64,000 nucleotides of DNA from Minisyncoccota bacterium (GCA_046350775.1 JAXLZS010000001.1:416342-480341); one strand, 5' to 3'; shown: positions 20,173-29,247, counted from the first letter of the stretch. Numbers and translations are program-made. Notes: generated from the sequence alone by a model not told the origin.

Positions 20173-20206
20173 AAGGATAAAATATTAAAAAATTTACGTG
20201 TGTGCC
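20173..20206. repeat. 33-bp direct repeat copy 2, overlapping the 3' terminus of tRNA-His
   Basis: aaggataaaatattaaaaaatttacgtgtgtgcc. The last 6-7 nt are the tRNA-His acceptor 3' strand. Confidence 0.7.
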
Positions 20207-20273
20207 TATCCGGATTCGAACCGGAACTGAGGGCTCCACAAACCCTAGTGCTAACCATTACACCATAGGCACC
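20201..20273 (-). tRNA. tRNA-His (GUG) with encoded G-1
   Basis: Cloverleaf with 8-bp acceptor stem including G-1, anticodon loop TTGTGGA, T-arm TCCGG-TTCGAAT-CCGGA. Confidence 0.8.
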
Positions 20274-20374
20274 ATACACAATTTCGCACTCACCTCCTTA
20301 ATTTATTAGGGAGGTCTGTTTTTTAAATTTTTATAAAATAAAAATTTGTTAAAACAGGGTGGGTTCCCACCGTG

Positions 20375-20456
20375 TGCCCGAGACTGGAGTTGAACCAGCA
20401 TGGGTCGCCCCGCTACCACCTCAAGGTAGTGCGTCTACCAATTTCGCCACCCGGGC
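20375..20456 (-). tRNA. tRNA-Leu (GAG), long variable arm
   Basis: Acceptor GCCCGGG/CTCGGGC, anticodon stem CTACC/GGTAG, loop TTGAGGT, about 82 nt. Confidence 0.8.
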
Positions 20457-20625
20457 AAATACAGTGTAATGTTGTAAGGAAGATTCCTCATGACGTTCCG
20501 TAGGAACGGCTTTCTCGTCACAAACACTACACTCCTTGAGAGATCTGGAAGGTCTTTTAATAACCGTTCTTCATTGATCTCTTTCGGACTTATATAATAA
20601 CAGAAATTTTGATTTTTATCAATTT

Positions 20626-20653
20626 AAAACCCCTCTTTGATCTGAGGGGTTTT
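20626..20653. terminator. rho-independent terminator after rplS
   Basis: Hairpin aaaacccctctttgatctgaggggtttt. Confidence 0.6.
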
Positions 20654-20658
20654 AAAAA

Positions 20659-21084
20659 TTATTCTGTACCTTCTTCTAGTACTTCGTCTTTCAATTCTGC
20701 TGTAGTGACACCGTCTTTCTTTACGAATTTTGTGTCAGCTTTTAATTTTCTTCTTACATCTCTCACTGCTTTTTCACGAACATAGTAGAGCTTGCTTCTC
20801 TTTGTCTTTGCATGTCTGACTATTTCGATCTTATCGATATTTGATGAATATAGAGGATAAATTTTTTCTACTCCCACCCCTGAAGCAACTTTTCTTACAG
20901 TAAATGTAGCAGAGATATCTGTACCATGCTTTCTAGCAAGTACGAGACCCTCGAAAGCCTGGAGACGAATTTTTCCGTCTTTATCTTTCAATTTATTCCA
21001 AACTCTGACAGTGTCTCCACTTGCAAAGTTTAGAGATTTTCTCTCTTCCATATCCACCTTTGATAATTTGATATTTGTTTTCAT
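20659..21084 (-). CDS. rplS: 50S ribosomal protein L19
   Basis: GDTVRVWNKL...RLQAFEGLVLARK...FTVRKVASGVGVEKIYPLYSSNIDKIEIV matches L19, with a short C-terminal extension. Confidence 0.85.
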   Translation of the reverse strand: MKTNIKLSKVDMEERKSLNFASGDTVRVWNKLKDKDGKIRLQAFEGLVLARKHGTDISATFTVRKVASGVGVEKIYPLYSSNIDKIEIVRHAKTKRSKLYYVREKAVRDVRRKLKADTKFVKKDGVTTAELKDEVLEEGTE

Positions 21085-21258
21085 ATTTTAATATTAATAA
21101 AAAATCTTTTACAAAATTTAAAGTTATTTTTTGTGAGAAACTACCGCGACAATTAATATTTTTGTTCTAATAAATGCGATCTAAACTCAGATTTTTTACC
21201 TTAAATATTTCCTATTTAATTCATAGATATTAACACAAAATAGGATTAAAGGCAAACC

Positions 21259-22071
21259 TTATATTTTGTAATTTAATTCTTCCAATACCTTTTTCATATC
21301 AGGATGCTCTTTGGCGACAAAAGTCTTTTGTGAAGTAGAATTATCATCTTCCACGATTTTTATAGATAAAGAATAAGCGTGTAGCATCGGACGAGTGAGT
21401 TTAGTTTTAAATTCTGATTGGATTTTTTCTTGCTGCATCTCTCCTACACCATAGAGATCATCCCCAAGTATTGGATGACGGATTGATTTGAGATGAACTC
21501 TAATCTGATGAGTTCTACCTGTCTCTGGATAACACTCAACAAGAGTGAAAGGATTTCCTTTTTTATTACGAAGTCTAGCTATGACTTTGTATCTAGTCAC
21601 CGCATCCCTCTCCTTTCCCCTCACATCACCTTTTCCGTCATTTGTAAAAATATCTTTAGTATTCTTTTTTCTGAAATCAGATTTACTTCTTGCTATCGGA
21701 GCATCAATGATACCAGTCTCATTTTTTACATGACCGACTACGATAGCATGATAAATCTTTTTGGTTGTGTGTGCTTGAAATTGCTTTTTTAGAAAACCAA
21801 AAGAAGCTCTATTGAGAGCAAAGATCATGACGCCTGTTGTCCCTGTGTCGAGACGATGAACAACCCCTTCTCTATCTTCATCACCTACACCTTTTAAGAT
21901 AGTCTGCCAAGTTTTCTTTTTAAACTTTGTTTTGACAAAATCTTTTAACCAATCAGCCAGAGTATATTCATCCTTTCTGCCATCAGAGTGTGTCATAATA
22001 CCAGCTGGCTTGTCTATTACCAGTTCATTTTTATTTTCAAATATTATCTTGATTTTGGGGATTTTCTTCAT
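21259..22071 (-). CDS. RluA-family pseudouridine synthase
   Basis: Catalytic HRLDTGTTGVMIFA motif (Asp in HRLD). 270 aa. Confidence 0.75.
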   Translation of the reverse strand: MKKIPKIKIIFENKNELVIDKPAGIMTHSDGRKDEYTLADWLKDFVKTKFKKKTWQTILKGVGDEDREGVVHRLDTGTTGVMIFALNRASFGFLKKQFQAHTTKKIYHAIVVGHVKNETGIIDAPIARSKSDFRKKNTKDIFTNDGKGDVRGKERDAVTRYKVIARLRNKKGNPFTLVECYPETGRTHQIRVHLKSIRHPILGDDLYGVGEMQQEKIQSEFKTKLTRPMLHAYSLSIKIVEDDNSTSQKTFVAKEHPDMKKVLEELNYKI

Positions 22072-22128
22072 AAAAAAGATTTGCGAAAAATTTAAATTTA
22101 GGGTATTATATCATAATAAAAAATAAAA

Positions 22129-22204
22129 GGGAGATTAGCTCAGTTGGTAGAGCAACTCGTTTACACCGAGAAGGTCAGAGGTTCGAGTCCTCTATCTCCC
22201 ACCA
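22129..22204 (+). tRNA. tRNA-Val (UAC); integration target of the downstream element
   Basis: 7-bp acceptor GGGAGAT/ATCTCCC, D-arm TAGCTCAGTTGGTAGAGCA, anticodon loop TTTACAC, T-arm GGTTCGAGTCC, 3' CCA. Confidence 0.85.
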
Positions 22205-23711
22205 GAATAGTACTTAGCGGTTTCTTCGAAACCAAGGTATGGGACGCACGAAGTGCGTCCCACTGTGTTTGCCCTGATTTTGCGGGGGAATTCTGAAATG
22301 CGGGTGCGCTTACGCGCACCTGTTTTTCGCCAAGAGAAAGGTTCGAGCCAAAGATTTCTTTGGCTTTGACCTTTTTAGCAAAAAGGTCAGTATCCCGTGC
22401 GATTCCGTCTAGTGTTTGCGCGTCTTTTATCCATTCTTTCATCGGTTCGAGCCAATCATTCTGTTTTTGTAGAACTGAAGATATTTTGTCTTCGAGCGAC
22501 TTCTTTTCGGATAACAATTTAGCTTTTTGTACACGATATATTTCCTGTTCAATCACTTGGTCTAAATATCCATTAAGAAGTCGCTCTAGTTTCACATTGA
22601 TTTTCAAAATATCTTTTTTCACTTCTTCTACAAAAACAGAATTAGACTGGGCAGAATTGTTGAAATCCTTTTCCGCCATTTTCAACAATTCTTTTGCCCA
22701 GTCTTTAGGCAAAGAAACTTTTTGAATTTCGGATGATATCTGCTGATCCAAAATTTCACTGCGAATATATCCTTGTGTACATTTGATACTTTTGTTTTTC
22801 TTGGAACAACGATAGTACACATGACCTTTTTGGATTTCAGCAGTTATCATCATTCCGCATTCGGTGCAGTGAAGTAGTCCGCAAAATGGTTGTGGCTCAT
22901 TTTTTGGTTTTCTATCGGGTTGTCCTCTAAATTTCAACATCGACTGCGCCGAATCAAAAAGTTTCTTTGCTATGATTGGCTCGTGCTTACCTTCGTGGAT
23001 TTCACCACCATATTTGAATAGTCCGATGTAAAATGGATTTGAAAGAATAAAAGACGCTTTGGTTTTTGAGATTCTCTTTCCGGTTCTTGTTGTAACGCCG
23101 GATTTCGCCAAAAAATTTGCAATATCTTCCAGTCGTTGATTACCTTTTACATATCGTTCAAAAGCCAAGCGCACAATTTTAGATTTTTTCTTGTCCACGA
23201 CTATGGTCTTGGTACGACTGTCATTCATATAACCGAGTGGCGCTTGGCTTGGAAATATTCCCATTCTCACTTTTTGGCGAAGTCCTCGTCTCGTATTTTC
23301 TGAAAGAAAATCTACATAGTATTTGCTTTGCACAAATGCCATGGAAAGTGAAAATTTCCCTTGTGATGTATTTTCAAACCAAAAAGTGGGAAATTTTAAC
23401 ATCGCAAGAGTACCGATGTCGATAAAATACACTATCTGTCCGCCGTCCACAGAATTGCGCGCTAGTCTGTCGGGATGCCAAGCCAAAATTCCTGAAGCTA
23501 CCCCTTGCTCAATTTTTTTCATCATACTGTTAAATATTGGACGACCTGGAATTTTGGCGGATTGTTTCTCGACCAACTCCTCAACTATCTCTAAACTTTG
23601 TTCACGAGCAAACGCGCGCAATTCCGTTAACTGTGCCTCAATACTCAAAACCTGCTTATCCTCGACATCGGTACTCTTGCGAGCATACAAAAAGAATTTT
23701 TGTGATGACAT
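22161..23711 (-). CDS. large serine recombinase (resolvase/invertase catalytic domain + recombinase domain + zinc ribbon)
   Basis: N-terminal FFLYARKSTDVEDKQVLSIEAQ (catalytic Ser), a Cys cluster CGLLHCTECG...YYRCSKKNKSIKC and a coiled-coil C-terminus. The last ~55 codons run through repeat A and the tRNA-Val 3' end and may be non-coding read-through. Confidence 0.8.
   Translation of the reverse strand: MSSQKFFLYARKSTDVEDKQVLSIEAQLTELRAFAREQSLEIVEELVEKQSAKIPGRPIFNSMMKKIEQGVASGILAWHPDRLARNSVDGGQIVYFIDIGTLAMLKFPTFWFENTSQGKFSLSMAFVQSKYYVDFLSENTRRGLRQKVRMGIFPSQAPLGYMNDSRTKTIVVDKKKSKIVRLAFERYVKGNQRLEDIANFLAKSGVTTRTGKRISKTKASFILSNPFYIGLFKYGGEIHEGKHEPIIAKKLFDSAQSMLKFRGQPDRKPKNEPQPFCGLLHCTECGMMITAEIQKGHVYYRCSKKNKSIKCTQGYIRSEILDQQISSEIQKVSLPKDWAKELLKMAEKDFNNSAQSNSVFVEEVKKDILKINVKLERLLNGYLDQVIEQEIYRVQKAKLLSEKKSLEDKISSVLQKQNDWLEPMKEWIKDAQTLDGIARDTDLFAKKVKAKEIFGSNLSLGEKQVRVSAPAFQNSPAKSGQTQWDALRASHTLVSKKPLSTILVGDRGLEPLTFSV
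22202..22331. repeat. inverted repeat A (left copy, about 130 bp, hairpin-dense)
   Basis: Its reverse complement matches 23901..24030 at about 93% identity. Differences fall in a hairpin and are compensatory (ggtgcgc...gcgcacc vs gtacgcgc...gcgcgc). Confidence 0.8.
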
Positions 23712-23728
23712 ATATTTTTCTATAAAGC

Positions 23729-23797
23729 AGAAATGGCTACTCCAGTGCTGTAACCTTAACGTAAGTTAAGATATCTGAAATAGCCATTTCTGCTAAC
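23729..23797. promoter_or_regulatory. imperfect palindrome upstream of the recombinase gene (candidate operator/recombination-site-like)
   Basis: agcagaaatggcta ... tagccatttctgct is a 14-bp outer stem, with an inner cttaac-gtaa-gttaag palindrome, immediately 5' of the recombinase start. Confidence 0.35.
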
Positions 23798-23900
23798 TTA
23801 CTAATAAAATGGTTACAGCAAATATATTCTACCAAAAATTCTTTTTGTATCCAAAGCAAATACTGAATTTGTATCGCACGGGATTCCGAACCTCCTCCTC

Positions 23901-24030
23901 GGCGAAAAACAGGTACGCGCAAGCGCGCCCGCATTTCCGAATTCCCACGCAGAATCAGGGCAAACACAGTGGGACGCACTTCGTGCGTCCCATACCTTGG
24001 TTTCGAAGAAACCGCTAAGTACTATTCTGG
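23901..24030. repeat. inverted repeat A' (inverted copy of A)
   Basis: See repeat A. Directly abuts repeat B. Confidence 0.8.
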
Positions 24031-24262
24031 TGTCTCTATTGTACCAAGCTCGAACGATTTTCCAAAACCGAACCTAATCGCACATCCGTGCGCTAAAGCG
24101 CCTCTGTGCGAAACACAGAGCTTTTGCAAAGCAAAAGGACGGATATGCGAAATGCAAATGCGGAACGCGAGCGAAATTTTGCGAAATACTGGGGGTGTGG
24201 GGGAAAGTATTTCGCAAAATTCGCTTCGCGTGCTTTGGGATTTTTTTGGCGGGGCGGGCGGT
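24031..24262. repeat. inverted repeat B (232 bp, 100% identical inverted copy at 25870..26101)
   Basis: A perfect match over 232 bp containing at least 5 hairpins, e.g. ctctgtg-cgaaa-cacagag, cttttgc-aaa-gcaaaag and a 19-bp stem gcgaaattttgcgaaatact/agtatttcgcaaaattcgc. Confidence 0.85.
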
Positions 24263-24293
24263 ATCAAATAGAAAAAACCAATTCTGTTTTTTT

Positions 24294-25725
24294 CTATTCA
24301 ACATCAACAATCAAAACATCATAAGGATTAAAAGCAATATAATCAAAAAGATTCACTTTAGTATCCGTTCTTGTTTCTTCGTTTTCATTTTGCTTTACCC
24401 ACACACCGTCATATTTACCTCTCCATTCTTGTGAATCTTTTGGATTAGCCCAATAGTTTGGTTTGGAATCAAAAATTTTGAAATTTCTACCATTAACAAA
24501 AACTTTATACGGTTTAGAAGTCTTACCTTCAATTTTTCTACCCTCGTGATGATGCTTTGCTTCTTCTTCATTTCCGAAAAATACACCAACTTCAAATTCA
24601 TTTCCGTCTATTTTCTTTTTTAGAAACAAATTCTTTAAATTTTTCAATATCAGTTTTTGAGCCAAGGATAGAAATTTGATCTGGATGAAAAACACTGATA
24701 ATTTTTTGTTTTGGTAATCCAAATTCTCGTCCTGAAACTGGATGTTTTTCAATATATTCTTCTCCCGAGATATTATTTATCACTGCATCTGTATTTTCTA
24801 ATTTTTCATCGAACTTTGGGGCTAATATATTCTTTTCTTTTTGCTTACCTATTTTAAACAAAGCTTCAGACAAAGGCCTGTCCATATCATCCACATATTC
24901 ACCTGAAGTATTGACCTCAATAGGATTATTGATATTCAAAATTACAGCATACGCATTTTTTCCGTATCTTTTAACAAAATTCTGACTTGTACTGAAATTA
25001 TAAACACCTTCAATGCTATTAAGCGTATCAAAGTTGGGCTTTGTTGGTTTAAAATTCTCATCTTTAAATTCATTATCAGAATAGTGCCAGACAATATCTT
25101 GCACTTTGCTTTCAGGAAAAATAGTTTTTAGATATTCACAATAAAGCTCAACTGCTTCTTTTGTCTCAAATTGTTTAACTTTTTCTTTTATTTGTTCTTT
25201 GGCTTTTTGTAAGTTCTCAAAATTACCAACTTTATCTTGAACATCATCAAGGTTAATATAATTTCGTTCTATATTTTCGGGAATAATATAGTTATCATTT
25301 TCAACATCCATTTGCGAAGCGATTGGATGTTTACTTACATGTAGATTTTCAAATTCTTCTTTTGGCACTTTTACAACTACCAAATTTGCACCCTCAACTC
25401 GCTTCGCCTCTGTGCCAAATGTCTGTTGTGATTTTCGTAAATATACAAGAGCAGTTTCTAAATCTGGCGAAAACCATTGACCCTTTAAATCTTTATGGGA
25501 AGTTACTCCATCAGGTTCTTTCTCAATATTTTTATTTTCAATACGATAAAGGGAAATGGTTTCGCCAGATTTTGTTGCTTCTACTGCAATACTCTCAAGT
25601 TCAGGGCTAAGTTTAAAAACCTCTTGTATATTTTTCTCCTGTTCAGAAAGCGGAAAATGCTCAAGCGGTTGCTCGGTTTTTGGCAATTCAATTTTATCAA
25701 CAGGATTAACTGGTGACTTTTCCAT
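24294..25725 (-). CDS. cargo protein of unknown function, about 475 aa if a +1 frameshift in an A6 run at ~24614 is corrected (ORF track splits it into 375 aa and 152 aa)
   Basis: The ...EFVSKKENRRK* frame and the FLKKKIDGNEFEV... frame differ by one nt inside ctaaaaaag. No recognisable catalytic motifs. Confidence 0.45.
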
Positions 25726-25869
25726 AAAGTGATTTTAACATTTTTCGCTTTCTTTTTCTAGTTATTTTAGGGAGCAGAATTTGTGCGCGAACGGGAGGGT
25801 GGGTCAAGCACAAACTGATTTTTGTATCTCGGCTTCGCCGAGATTTCAATGTTATGTATTTGAATTATA

Positions 25870-26101
25870 ACCGCCCGCCCCGCCAAAAAAATCCCAAAGC
25901 ACGCGAAGCGAATTTTGCGAAATACTTTCCCCCACACCCCCAGTATTTCGCAAAATTTCGCTCGCGTTCCGCATTTGCATTTCGCATATCCGTCCTTTTG
26001 CTTTGCAAAAGCTCTGTGTTTCGCACAGAGGCGCTTTAGCGCACGGATGTGCGATTAGGTTCGGTTTTGGAAAATCGTTCGAGCTTGGTACAATAGAGAC
26101 A
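25870..26101. repeat. inverted repeat B' (right terminus of the element)
   Basis: Reverse complement of 24031..24262. Ends at ...caatagagaca, followed by chromosomal caaaaatac. Confidence 0.85.
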
Positions 26102-26110
26102 CAAAAATAC

Positions 26111-26138
26111 AAATAAAAAAGCAAACCATAAGGTTTGC
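26111..26138 (-). terminator. rho-independent terminator
   Basis: Hairpin gcaaacc-ataa-ggtttgc preceded by an A-run on the plus strand (a U-run on the minus strand). Confidence 0.45.
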
Positions 26139-26156
26139 TGATCAGACAATTTTTTA

Positions 26157-26324
26157 TTAAATCCCTCTCCTGCGATTATATCTTACTGCCAGATTGTTTG
26201 CTAAGGATTCTCTGAATCCTTTACTAGAAACCTGACCTTTTTGATGGTTTGTGATTTCATCCTTCAGTTTATGAAGAAGCACATCACTAGGTGAAAGATT
26301 AAAATATTTTTTTTTGTTAGCCAT
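26157..26324 (-). CDS. small hypothetical protein (55 aa)
   Basis: Manual translation MANKKKYFNLSPSDVLLHKLKDEITNHQKGQVSSKGFRESLANNLAVRYNRRRGI. Confidence 0.3.
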   Translation of the reverse strand: MANKKKYFNLSPSDVLLHKLKDEITNHQKGQVSSKGFRESLANNLAVRYNRRRGI

Positions 26325-26414
26325 TAACTAATTGGTTTATATGTTAAAAAATATAAATAGTCTATTTATTAATAGTAGCACATATAAAATTAAAAGTCAA
26401 TAGCTAAAAGCCTT

Positions 26415-26963
26415 TTATTTCTTAGCTGTTTTTACTGTGTAATCTAGAGGATTTTTACTAGTAAAAATATCCAGAGCGAGTCCTACAGCAAAATCACCAT
26501 AGCTATATCTGTCCCCTTTTCTTATCTTTTCTGTGAGGAATCTGATATCTACCCCGGCTTTTACAAGAGATCTCATCCAAATATCAATAGCTGACATTGT
26601 AGCGTTGTGAGAAAGGGTTCTGGCTGTATCTTTATCTTTTAATTCAAGTTTATACCAAGTCAAATCACTTCTGTCTGCTGAAGCTGCTAATTCATGATCT
26701 ATAATACTTCTAAGATAATTGAAAGAATGCTTAACCACAGAGTTAAATGTTTTTTGTGTGACCTCTGAGACTTTACTAATATCCTTTAATTCTGATGCTC
26801 TTTTAGGAAGATTCTTAATCAATTTTTCTAACTCAGTATTAGGAGTTCTTAAAATCTTAGACACATCAGAGATGGTACCTTTTTGATGAGTACTCATTAG
26901 ATGATCGAACTTTCTAACCAAAACTTCTGGTGATTCGCTTTTTAAAAATGATTCTCTAAACAT
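26415..26963 (-). CDS. hypothetical protein
   Basis: 182 aa with no recognised motif. Confidence 0.3.
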   Translation of the reverse strand: MFRESFLKSESPEVLVRKFDHLMSTHQKGTISDVSKILRTPNTELEKLIKNLPKRASELKDISKVSEVTQKTFNSVVKHSFNYLRSIIDHELAASADRSDLTWYKLELKDKDTARTLSHNATMSAIDIWMRSLVKAGVDIRFLTEKIRKGDRYSYGDFAVGLALDIFTSKNPLDYTVKTAKK

Positions 26964-27047
26964 AATATGATTATATAATACTTTTTTAAAAATAAAAAAT
27001 ACAGCTTTATTTTTCTATCAAAATCTGTTATATTTATTAAATTCAAT

Positions 27048-27119
27048 GATCTCATAGTTCAATGGATAGAACGAGAGCCTTCTAAGCTCTAGATGATGGT
27101 CCGATTCCATCTGAGATCA
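27048..27119 (+). tRNA. tRNA-Arg (UCU)
   Basis: Acceptor GATCTCA/TGAGATC, D-arm TAGTTCAATGGATAGAAC, anticodon loop CTTCTAA, T-arm GATGG-TCCGATT-CCATC. Confidence 0.75.
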
Positions 27120-27137
27120 CAAACTTTAGCTTTTGTT

Positions 27138-27593
27138 TTACAAATGGAATTTGTATGACAATTCATTGTATTCTTTTGTATCATATAATTTAATTCCAGA
27201 TTCGTGCCATAAAGCAAAATATTTAACTCCGTTATCAAGTGCTAATCTACTACAGACCGTACAATAAGGCTCTCCAGATTTTAAAATATTATTTTGATCA
27301 TCAACTCTTGTAAAATATAAAATACTTCCAGATATATCTTTTTTGTTTTTAATCGCATCTATTATAGCTCTCCATTCTGCATGGATACAGCAAGTCCTAT
27401 CTGATTTTGGCTTAGAAGAGTTTATTAAATTTAAATGACATTTTCTATTAGCTATATCATTCACTGCTGGACCGTTAAAACCTCTTCCAATAATTTCATT
27501 ATTTAATGACACAATAGCTCCACATTTATCTTTGAGACAAAGAGCTTTTTCTGCTTCTTTGGCAGCTTCTTTAAAATAATCCTCTTTATTCAT
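27138..27593 (-). CDS. CMP/dCMP-type zinc deaminase (TadA/ComEB-like)
   Basis: CIHAEWRAI (HAE) and PYCTVCSRLAL (PCxxC) zinc-binding motifs. 151 aa. Confidence 0.65.
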   Translation of the reverse strand: MNKEDYFKEAAKEAEKALCLKDKCGAIVSLNNEIIGRGFNGPAVNDIANRKCHLNLINSSKPKSDRTCCIHAEWRAIIDAIKNKKDISGSILYFTRVDDQNNILKSGEPYCTVCSRLALDNGVKYFALWHESGIKLYDTKEYNELSYKFHL

Positions 27594-27607
27594 AATATTA
27601 TTTTAAC

Positions 27608-28168
27608 CTAAAATAATCCCCCTTTCAAATTTCTTCGGATATTCAAATAATCTGGTACTGTCTCCCTCACAAGATCCCAAAATTTTTTAGAATGATTAAA
27701 TTCTTTTAAATGACAAAGTTCGTGCACGATAATATAGTCAGAAATATTTTGTGGTAGTAATGCTATCTTATAATTAAAATTTAAATTCCCTTTTCTACTA
27801 CAACTCCCCCATCTCGTCTTTTGATTTTTAATAGTAATATTTTTGAAATGAAAATTATAATATTTATTAAAATAATCTATCCTCTCTTTCGCTATTTGTA
27901 GAGCTTTATCTTTATTTTCTAAATATTCCTTTTTTGAAGTTTTTAAAATTGGTAAACTTGGTCTATTTTTAAACCAATCGGACTTTTCAAAAATCCAATC
28001 CGATTTCTCTTTTACAAATTTTTCAACAGATTCTAGACTTGCTCTCTTTGGCTTTGTCACTACCACACTACCATCATGATGAATAGTGATGCGGATATTT
28101 TTTGCTCTGCTACTTTCTTTCAAAGAACACTCTAGATTTCTATCTTGAAAATTTAAAACTCTAGGCAT
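27608..28168 (-). CDS. YgjP-like (DUF45) metal-dependent hydrolase
   Basis: HELCHLKEFNHSKKFW motif. Confidence 0.6.
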   Translation of the reverse strand: MPRVLNFQDRNLECSLKESSRAKNIRITIHHDGSVVVTKPKRASLESVEKFVKEKSDWIFEKSDWFKNRPSLPILKTSKKEYLENKDKALQIAKERIDYFNKYYNFHFKNITIKNQKTRWGSCSRKGNLNFNYKIALLPQNISDYIIVHELCHLKEFNHSKKFWDLVRETVPDYLNIRRNLKGGLF

Positions 28169-28170
28169 AA

Positions 28171-28887
28171 TTAAAACTTCAAAAGCTTTACTTTGTCTTT
28201 ACTGGCTTTTATTTCTAGGACATCTCCACTATCCAGCTCCCATTTATTTGATTGGTTATCGGCAAATACATCGGCCACACCTCTTGTGATTTCTATTTTT
28301 ACAACCCTGTCTTTTTTTAAGACTATATGACTTACTTGATCTATAGCATTATTGAATGCGAGGCCAATCTGATCATCGCTCTCAAAATAGCTTCTAGTGA
28401 TAGATTTATAATATCCTGTTGATCCTATCTGAGTAGAGATTAATATTCCATCACCAATAATCTCAGAATTTTGAATTAGCTTATTATCAACTGAAACCTT
28501 CATACGAATAGCAGTAAACGGATTGTGATTATGTACAAGCACATCGGCCATGGCTGACATTTTTTTATTTTTATATTTTATTTCTAATTTTGTTTTCTCT
28601 TCTATAGTATATTCACCCTTTATGATATGTAAGATTATTTTTTCATTAGATTTATCGTGAGCAAGCTTTCCAATTCTACTATATTTTAGATAAACTTTTG
28701 GAATATTTGGATAAAAAAATTCTGATTTAAAAAATGTACCATCTCCACCAAAAGTGACTACGAGGTCAGGATTTTCTTTCACAATATAAATATGTTTTTT
28801 ATGTTTTAAAAAAAGCTTTTTAGCTTTTTCTGGATAATCACTGACTATTAAAATCTTAATTTTGTTTTTCTTGTTTTCTTTTTTCAT
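28171..28887 (-). CDS. nadK: NAD kinase
   Basis: GGDGT motif (VVTFGGDGTFF) and DGILISTQIGSTGY. Confidence 0.75.
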   Translation of the reverse strand: MKKENKKNKIKILIVSDYPEKAKKLFLKHKKHIYIVKENPDLVVTFGGDGTFFKSEFFYPNIPKVYLKYSRIGKLAHDKSNEKIILHIIKGEYTIEEKTKLEIKYKNKKMSAMADVLVHNHNPFTAIRMKVSVDNKLIQNSEIIGDGILISTQIGSTGYYKSITRSYFESDDQIGLAFNNAIDQVSHIVLKKDRVVKIEITRGVADVFADNQSNKWELDSGDVLEIKASKDKVKLLKF

Positions 28888-28890
28888 GTA

Positions 28891-29217
28891 TTAATATGTC
28901 ACCTCTCTCTTTAATCTATCTTCCAATTTTCTTCCAAGCATTCTTTTAGCCTTAGCTTCTCCGCAGATTATTATTTTTTTATTTTTATTTTCTTCATTTT
29001 GAATGATGTGTGTGATCTCATGCAAAATCTCATCTATCACTTGAGTCGTCTTATCTTCAATATCTTTTGCTCCAAAAGGTAATACTAAATCATTAAAAAT
29101 CACACAATCAGAATGAATGCAAATATGATTGACTCCTAACAACTTTTTGTCATTTAAAAATCCAGTTGCTGGAATATAATTATCATCTCTAAATCTATTT
29201 TTGAAGATATCGGACAT
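28891..29217 (-). CDS. hypothetical protein
   Basis: 108 aa, co-directional with nadK. Confidence 0.3.
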   Translation of the reverse strand: MSDIFKNRFRDDNYIPATGFLNDKKLLGVNHICIHSDCVIFNDLVLPFGAKDIEDKTTQVIDEILHEITHIIQNEENKNKKIIICGEAKAKRMLGRKLEDRLKREVTY

Positions 29218-29247
29218 ATTTATACTTTATATTTTAGCACGCAAAAC

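Larger units (their letters stand above)
22202..26101. mobile_element. integrative element at the tRNA-Val 3' end: large serine recombinase, cargo gene and nested long inverted repeats
   Basis: Starts at the CCA of tRNA-Val. GC-rich (~50%) repeat blocks A/A' and B/B' in an AT-rich genome. Junction analysis gives a 2-3 bp crossover (CAC) at the tRNA terminus. Confidence 0.65.

Noticed and set aside
20457-20625. Possible small ncRNA (SRP/6S-like) between the rplS terminator and tRNA-Leu, with several short hairpins (aggaagattcct, ccgtaggaacgg)
   Set aside because: No recognisable conserved motif (e.g. the SRP GGAAG...AGCAG helix-8 core). It is more likely the promoter region of the tRNA-Leu/tRNA-His transcription unit.
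23969-24271. 100-aa ORF inside repeat A'/B, with an identical 90-aa twin at 25852..26124 on the opposite strand
   Set aside because: Both lie entirely within the perfect inverted repeat, so the identical proteins follow automatically from the repeat symmetry. The region is GC-rich and densely hairpinned, so it is more likely structured DNA/RNA than coding.
23237-24324. Several 60-150 aa ORFs (23323..23769, 23737..23979, 24022..24310, 24106..24434 and others) around the recombinase and repeats
   Set aside because: They overlap the recombinase gene on the opposite strand or sit inside the GC-rich repeats, where stop codons are rare.
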